From the NCBI GenBank assembly GCA_963805625.1, contig CAWDVE010000010.1:1280001-1344000 (forward strand): a stretch of 64,000 nucleotides of DNA, read 5' to 3'. The stretch comes from an uncultured Candidatus Rokubacteria bacterium (GTDB lineage: Bacteria; Methylomirabilota; Methylomirabilia; Rokubacteriales; DASRDR01). The notes beneath the pieces are model-generated. The model was not told where the DNA came from and did not search any database. It saw nothing but the letters and a program-made list of their open reading frames with translations. Shown here piece after piece: positions 59,262 to 64,000 of the stretch (position 1 is its first letter; each line of letters starts with the position of its first letter). A program made the position numbers and the translations under genes.

Positions 59262-59566
59262 TCGGCGGTGACGAGAACCGTTGCCTCCCGCCAGCTTCCC
59301 GCACCCGCGATCCCCAGGCCGGCAAAGACGGCCACGAAGGAGAGGCGCAGGGCGCCCTGCTGCCGCACGAGGAGGCTGGAGACCGCCGTCAGTCCGAAAC
59401 CCGCGATGGCACCGTAAACGGCGCCCGCCGCGGCCGCCCCGAGACCCACCGCAAGCCCCGTCACGCGGCCGTCGGTGAGCGTCCGCCGGATGCACAGGAC
59501 ACCGATCGGGCCGACGGGCGCTGCGATGGAAAAGCCGATCACGACTCCTTGCAGGAGCGTCTCGAG
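59262..59566 (-). pseudogene. lysE: 5' fragment of a LysE-family translocator (with internal deletion)
   Basis: GFSIAAPVGPIGVLCIRRTL..G...GLGAA...YG.IAGFG, then jumps to SFVAVFAGLG...ATVLVT. Confidence 0.8.
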
Positions 59567-59577
59567 TCTCCGAAGAC

Positions 59578-59973
59578 TCAGGCGGCCGGTCGGGAGACGG
59601 GCGTGATCCGCACGAGGACGCTGCGGCCACCGCGAAGACCGCGCCTGATGTAGCGGCCCATCCAGAGCGGAACCATGAGCCAGTACTTCCGCCGGTACGC
59701 GCGGAGCAGCGCGGCCTCGAGGTCGGGACGCCCATCCACCCATTCCGCCCGGCCCTCGAAGGGCGGCCCGTCCTTCGAACCGACGCGGACCGTCACGCGC
59801 CCGGTCTCGCGGATCCGGCGCGCCTTGAGGCTCTCCCGCTGCGTCGTGAAGTAGGCGGCGTCGCCATCGTACCAGCACCACACGGGAACGGTGCCCGATC
59901 TCCCCGAGGCGCCGTAGGTCGTGAGGTAAAGATAGCTTGCGCGGCGGAGCGCCGCGTCGAGCGCCGGATCCAT
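59578..59973 (-). CDS. PPOX-class (split-barrel flavin/F420-binding) protein
   Basis: YLYLTTYGASG..TVPVW, SLKARRI, AYRRKY. TAGAAT lies 6 nt before the ATG. Confidence 0.7.
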   Translation of the reverse strand: MDPALDAALRRASYLYLTTYGASGRSGTVPVWCWYDGDAAYFTTQRESLKARRIRETGRVTVRVGSKDGPPFEGRAEWVDGRPDLEAALLRAYRRKYWLMVPLWMGRYIRRGLRGGRSVLVRITPVSRPAA

Positions 59974-60108
59974 GCGAGAATTCTACCCCCCGGCCGGTTG
60001 TGCCGCAGGGAGCCGGCATCGCGATACGCCGCATCGAGCCGATGCTCGACAGCGTCGCGTGCCTTGGTCACAGCTCCCGGCTGTGGGCGCTGACTCCAGG
60101 AGGAGCGA

Positions 60109-61143
60109 ATGGACGAAACCTCCGGCGAACCCCGAGGACCCAGGCGGCGAGCTCCGCTCCGGCTCCCCCACCCGAGCGGCATCGAGCGCGCGCGCACCGC
60201 GCTCCGCGCCCACCTCCTCGAGACGCCGCTCGTCCGCTCCGAGCTCCTCTCGCGGGCGCTCGCCACCGAAGTCTGGCTCAAGAACGAGACGGTTAGCCCG
60301 ATCGCGTCGTTCAAGCTCCGGGGCGCGCTGACGGCTCTCCTGCGGGCACGCGATGCGGGCGGCGCCACGGAGGCGGTGACCTCTTCGACCGGCAACCACG
60401 GGCAGGGTGTCGCGTACGCGGCGAGGGCTCTTGGCATGACGGCCCACATCTTCCTCCCCCGCGGGGCGAACCCCGTGAAGCGACGGATGATCGAGGCCCT
60501 GGGCGCGACCATCCACGAGGGAGGCGCCGACCTCGACGACGCCAAGGCCGACGCCGAGCGCTTCGCCGCATCGGGCGGCTTCCTGTTCGTGGACGATGGC
60601 GAGAGCCTCGACGTCATGGAAGGGGCGGGCACCGTCGGCCTCGAGGTTGCCGAGCAGCTCCCAGAGATCGACATCCTGTTCGTGCCGATGGGCAGCGGCA
60701 CCCTGGCGGTTGGCTGTGCCGTCGCGCTCAAGGGCCTCCAGCCCCGGGCGCGCGTGGTGACAGTCCAGTCCTCGGGCTCACCTGCGATGGTTGAGAGCTT
60801 TCACGCGCGCCGGGCGGTCGAGCGGGCAATCGACACCATCGCCGACGGGCTCGTGTGCCGGATCCCCGCCCGCCTCGCGCTGGAAGGACTCTGGATCTGG
60901 GTCGACGACGCTGTCTCCATTCCCGACGGCGCCCTGCTCCAGGCTCTTCGCGCGCTCGTCGAGCATGCCCATGTCCTCGTCGAGCCCGCCGGTGCCGCGG
61001 CGCTGGCCGCCGCCTGGGCGGCCCGGGCGGATCTTCGCGGGCAGCGCGTGGTCCTGATCCTGACGGGAGCCAACGTGACGATGCCCATCCTCGCAGACGC
61101 GCTCTCGGCGCCCCCGCTTTTCGATCCCGCGGGCCCGGACTGA
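60109..61143 (+). CDS. Threonine/serine dehydratase family PLP enzyme
   Basis: ETPL, KNE...SFKLRGA, STGNHGQG, PMGSGTL, TIADGL, EPAGAA, TGAN. Confidence 0.88.
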   Translation: MDETSGEPRGPRRRAPLRLPHPSGIERARTALRAHLLETPLVRSELLSRALATEVWLKNETVSPIASFKLRGALTALLRARDAGGATEAVTSSTGNHGQGVAYAARALGMTAHIFLPRGANPVKRRMIEALGATIHEGGADLDDAKADAERFAASGGFLFVDDGESLDVMEGAGTVGLEVAEQLPEIDILFVPMGSGTLAVGCAVALKGLQPRARVVTVQSSGSPAMVESFHARRAVERAIDTIADGLVCRIPARLALEGLWIWVDDAVSIPDGALLQALRALVEHAHVLVEPAGAAALAAAWAARADLRGQRVVLILTGANVTMPILADALSAPPLFDPAGPD

Positions 61144-61159
61144 ACGGGCGCGCCGGCTG

Positions 61160-61837
61160 TCAGGCGCCCGACTTCCGGCAGACGTACAGCACGTGAGGAT
61201 ACGGAAGGAAGTCGACCATCGAGTGCCGGAATACCCGGAACCCCGCCTCCTCGAGCGCTGCCTGCAAAGTCTCGGCCGCCCAGTAGTGCGGCGGGCTGCC
61301 CGGGCTGACCAGGAGGTCGAGCGCGTGCGTGAACCAGCGCTTGTAAGCCGGGTGCGTGTCCACGTCCTTCACGAGCAGACAAGCGCCGGGCAGCAGCGTG
61401 GCATGGAGCTCGGCCAGCAGGGGCCGCACGGCGGCGGGCTCGACATGGTGGACGATGTCCAGCATGTAAGCGCCCGCGTACTGCCGGCTGGCTCGGAAGT
61501 CCCGCGCGTCGCTCACGACGTACTCGACGTTCGCCAGCCTGAGCCGCCGCGCGGCCTCGCGGGCGATACCGACGCGCCGGGCGTCCACATCGACGCCGTG
61601 GAAGCTCGAGCTCGGTAGAATCTGGGCGTAGTAGAGCGAGAAGAGCCCGAAACCGCACCCGAGGTCGAGGACGTCGCCCGAGAGCGGCAAGTACTGACCG
61701 ATCTCGTCAAGGAAGCGCTGCCGGAGGATGAGAAAGCGCGCGCGCGAATAGGCGCGGATCACCCGAGCGTCGTAGGCCTCCACGACCCGGGCGATCGCCT
61801 CGCGGCCCGCCCTATTGGATTGCCGCCCGTCCGACAT
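61160..61837 (-). CDS. Class I SAM-dependent methyltransferase
   Basis: VLDLGCGFG, GVDVD, DIVHH, LLPG. Confidence 0.85.
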   Translation of the reverse strand: MSDGRQSNRAGREAIARVVEAYDARVIRAYSRARFLILRQRFLDEIGQYLPLSGDVLDLGCGFGLFSLYYAQILPSSSFHGVDVDARRVGIAREAARRLRLANVEYVVSDARDFRASRQYAGAYMLDIVHHVEPAAVRPLLAELHATLLPGACLLVKDVDTHPAYKRWFTHALDLLVSPGSPPHYWAAETLQAALEEAGFRVFRHSMVDFLPYPHVLYVCRKSGA

Positions 61838-63353
61838 AGAGCCGGTAGCCATCACCCTCCTCTGCGACACGGTACCCATCCAGGAGCCACCGCTGGAGCT
61901 CCGGGAACATCGCCAGACGCTCGTACCCGCCTTCGGGCCACCCTGGCACGAAGACCACCACGGCCGCCGGGGGCCGGAGTCGGAGCGCGGCCATCAGCTC
62001 GGCGCGCAGACGCCGCACGTAAGGATGGCTCACGTCGTGGTAGAAGTGGAAGTCGTAGAGGAACCGGCTGGGTTCCCGGGCGCGGAGACGGAAGAGCGCG
62101 TGGATCCCGCCCTCCGTGGTATCCAGCACCTGCACCGTGCCCCCGGTCGCCACGACCGGCCGGAGCGCCGCCGCGACGCGACCGACCCGTTCGAGCTTCG
62201 CATCAATCCACGCGGGGGCGAGATTGCGCTGCCCCTTGGTCCACAGGGCGCCCGCCGTTATCGCTAGCGTGAGCACGAGCATCACGCTGAGCGCGCGGCG
62301 GCCGCCCGCCACCGCCGCCCCGAGGCCGGCCCCGCCCACCGCCGTCGCGAAGAGCGCGAGCGGGTAGAAATGATACTCCCATCCCCGTCCCTGCACCCAG
62401 AAGTGGGCCGCGCCGTAGGCCAGGCCCGTAGTCAGAATGCCGATCTCCCTCCACTGCTGCCCCCGCGCGAGGGCGGCGACGCCGAGACCGGCCCACGCCA
62501 CGAGACCGGCCAGCACCGCCGCCCCGTAGTCGCGCACGGCGATCTCGTGGGCGAGGTCGCTCCGCCCCAGCCGACTGTAGAGCGGGAGCAGGTAGCCCAG
62601 CGTGATGTCCGCGAATGCTCCGAGACCGCCGGTCCAGCCGAGCCACGCGAGCAGCACCAGGCCAGGCAGCGCCGCCCCCAGGCCGACGGCGGCGAGCGCA
62701 CGTCTCCGCGCCGGGCCTCGGCACCCCCACCACACCCAGCACGCCAGAGCCGGAACCAGCACGATCGCGTGGGGCTTGACCCACACGGCCGCACCCAATG
62801 CGAGGGCCGCGCCGCCGAGCCGCCGGATCCGCGCGCCCTCGGGTACGTTGGTCGACGCAATGACGCCCGCCGCGCTCCACACGAGGAAGCCGCAGAGCAG
62901 GAGGTCACGCTGCCCGGCGAGCCACGGACCGCCCGCGACGTGGTAGAGGGCGAAGAGCGCCGCCGCGGCCAGGCCACCCCATGCCCCCGAGAGCCGCAGC
63001 GCACTCCAGAGACCGGCACCCACGAGGACGAGGATGCCCAGGTCGAACGCGCGAAATGCGAGGTCCCCGGGTCCAAGGGTGAGGAGAAGCAGGAGGTGCG
63101 CCGCGTATGCGCCGGGGAAGTTCATGTCGAAGAGGTCGCGATAGGGCGCGGCACCGTCCAGGATCCGCCACGCGATGTAGTGGATGAGCGGGGCGTCGTG
63201 AACAAGCGGCCAGCCGCGAGAGAGCCACGCGAGCCGGAGCGCGGCCAGGACCGCCAGAACCACGGTCACCGAGACCACGACATGAAGCCCCGGAGCCCGG
63301 ACGCGGGCGATGGAAACTCCCGCAGACGGAGGATGGGCGCGCTTCGTGGACAC
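61812..63353 (-). CDS. Polytopic membrane protein, GT-C (ArnT/PMT-like) glycosyltransferase
   Basis: HD..IHYIAW.ILDG..PYRDLFDMNFPG, QRD, VKP, YHFYP, many TM helices. Confidence 0.65.
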   Translation of the reverse strand: MSTKRAHPPSAGVSIARVRAPGLHVVVSVTVVLAVLAALRLAWLSRGWPLVHDAPLIHYIAWRILDGAAPYRDLFDMNFPGAYAAHLLLLLTLGPGDLAFRAFDLGILVLVGAGLWSALRLSGAWGGLAAAALFALYHVAGGPWLAGQRDLLLCGFLVWSAAGVIASTNVPEGARIRRLGGAALALGAAVWVKPHAIVLVPALACWVWWGCRGPARRRALAAVGLGAALPGLVLLAWLGWTGGLGAFADITLGYLLPLYSRLGRSDLAHEIAVRDYGAAVLAGLVAWAGLGVAALARGQQWREIGILTTGLAYGAAHFWVQGRGWEYHFYPLALFATAVGGAGLGAAVAGGRRALSVMLVLTLAITAGALWTKGQRNLAPAWIDAKLERVGRVAAALRPVVATGGTVQVLDTTEGGIHALFRLRAREPSRFLYDFHFYHDVSHPYVRRLRAELMAALRLRPPAAVVVFVPGWPEGGYERLAMFPELQRWLLDGYRVAEEGDGYRLYVGRAAIQ

Positions 63354-63464
63354 CGTGTCAGGATGCGCGCGATACGGCCAGGCGCGGAGGGAGTGTGGCT
63401 CCGCCCGCCGTGCGTGTCAAGCGAGGTGGTGGGCAGGCGTGCCTGGCTGTGAGACCGTAGGGCC

Positions 63465-64000
63465 GTGGCGACGACGACGCTGCTCAAGATCCTGCTGGCG
63501 CCCGTGCTCATCCTCCTCGCGACGCTGGCCGGACGCCGCTGGGGACCCGCGGTCGGCGGATGGCTGGCGGGGCTCCCGCTGACCTCCGGTCCCGTGTCGT
63601 TCATCCTCGCCCTCGAGCAGGGTCCCGAGTTCGCCGCTCGCGCGGCACTCGGCACGCTCTTCGGCTTGGTCTCGCTCGCGACATTCTGCCTGGTGTACGG
63701 CGCGGCGGCGCGGCGGGTGGGGTGGGGCGGCTGTCTCGCGGCCGCGCTCGGCGCCTTCGGCGTGTCGACGCTCGCGCTCCGGGACGCGACGCTTCCGCTC
63801 GTGCTCGCGTTCGCCCTGGTGTGCGCCGTTCTCGCCGGCATCGGAGCGGTCATGGCCGGCGGCAATCCGCCCCGTCTCCCACGACGCCTCCTGCCCGGCG
63901 ACCTGGCGATTCGGATGGCGCTCGCGGCCCTGCTGGTCCTCGTCCTCACGTCGGTGGCCGCCGCGCTCGGCCCCGCGCTGGCGGGTAGCCTGTCGCCGAT
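63465..64000 (+). CDS. Hypothetical integral membrane protein (partial, runs off window end)
   Basis: LKILLAPVLILLATLAGRRWGPAVGGWLAGLPLTSGPVSFILALEQGPEFAARAA. Confidence 0.7.
   Translation, partial: MATTTLLKILLAPVLILLATLAGRRWGPAVGGWLAGLPLTSGPVSFILALEQGPEFAARAALGTLFGLVSLATFCLVYGAAARRVGWGGCLAAALGAFGVSTLALRDATLPLVLAFALVCAVLAGIGAVMAGGNPPRLPRRLLPGDLAIRMALAALLVLVLTSVAAALGPALAGSLSP

Larger units (their letters stand above)
52811..59265. mobile_element. ~6.45 kb island / decayed prophage- or satellite-like insertion within lysE
   Basis: Flanked by the two halves of one lysE gene, with TCGG at both junctions (52807-52810, 59262-59265). Carries phage-like small genes and an XRE, but no integrase. Confidence 0.7.

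Noticed and set aside
52811-59265. Intact prophage, ICE or tRNA-targeted island
   Set aside because: No integrase, terminase, capsid, relaxase, tRNA or long att repeat was found, only a 4-bp junction match

Overview
High-GC (roughly 70% by eye), gene-dense bacterial DNA. The tandem Liv-type ABC systems and an orphan ABC substrate-binding protein suggest Candidatus Rokubacteria/Methylomirabilota (inference only). Left to right: PdxH-like oxidase, sorbosone/PQQ-type dehydrogenase, class A PBP, an SDR-fold protein carrying both halohydrin dehalogenase signature motifs directly upstream of a rhodanese-persulfide dioxygenase/TusA/DsrE sulfur-relay cluster, a BNR/VPS10 propeller protein, gdhA, hisN, acyl-CoA dehydrogenases, SDRs, a class III aminotransferase with two complete Liv ABC operons, a trehalose/alpha-glucan cluster (otsB-glgE-treS-glgA/glgM-mak::DUF5752, then motif-degenerate treT-like and GT2 genes and an MscS-type TM protein), a YdbH plus two YdbL lipoprotein genes, and a hybrid kinase. 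A ~6.45 kb integrase-less island (about 52811-59265) splits a lysE gene in two. It carries phage-like genes, an XRE regulator with an operator, PEP-CTERM proteins, a duplicated convergent mini-gene module and many indels. No rRNA, tRNA or CRISPR array was seen. All family assignments come from motif recognition by eye, with no database searches.
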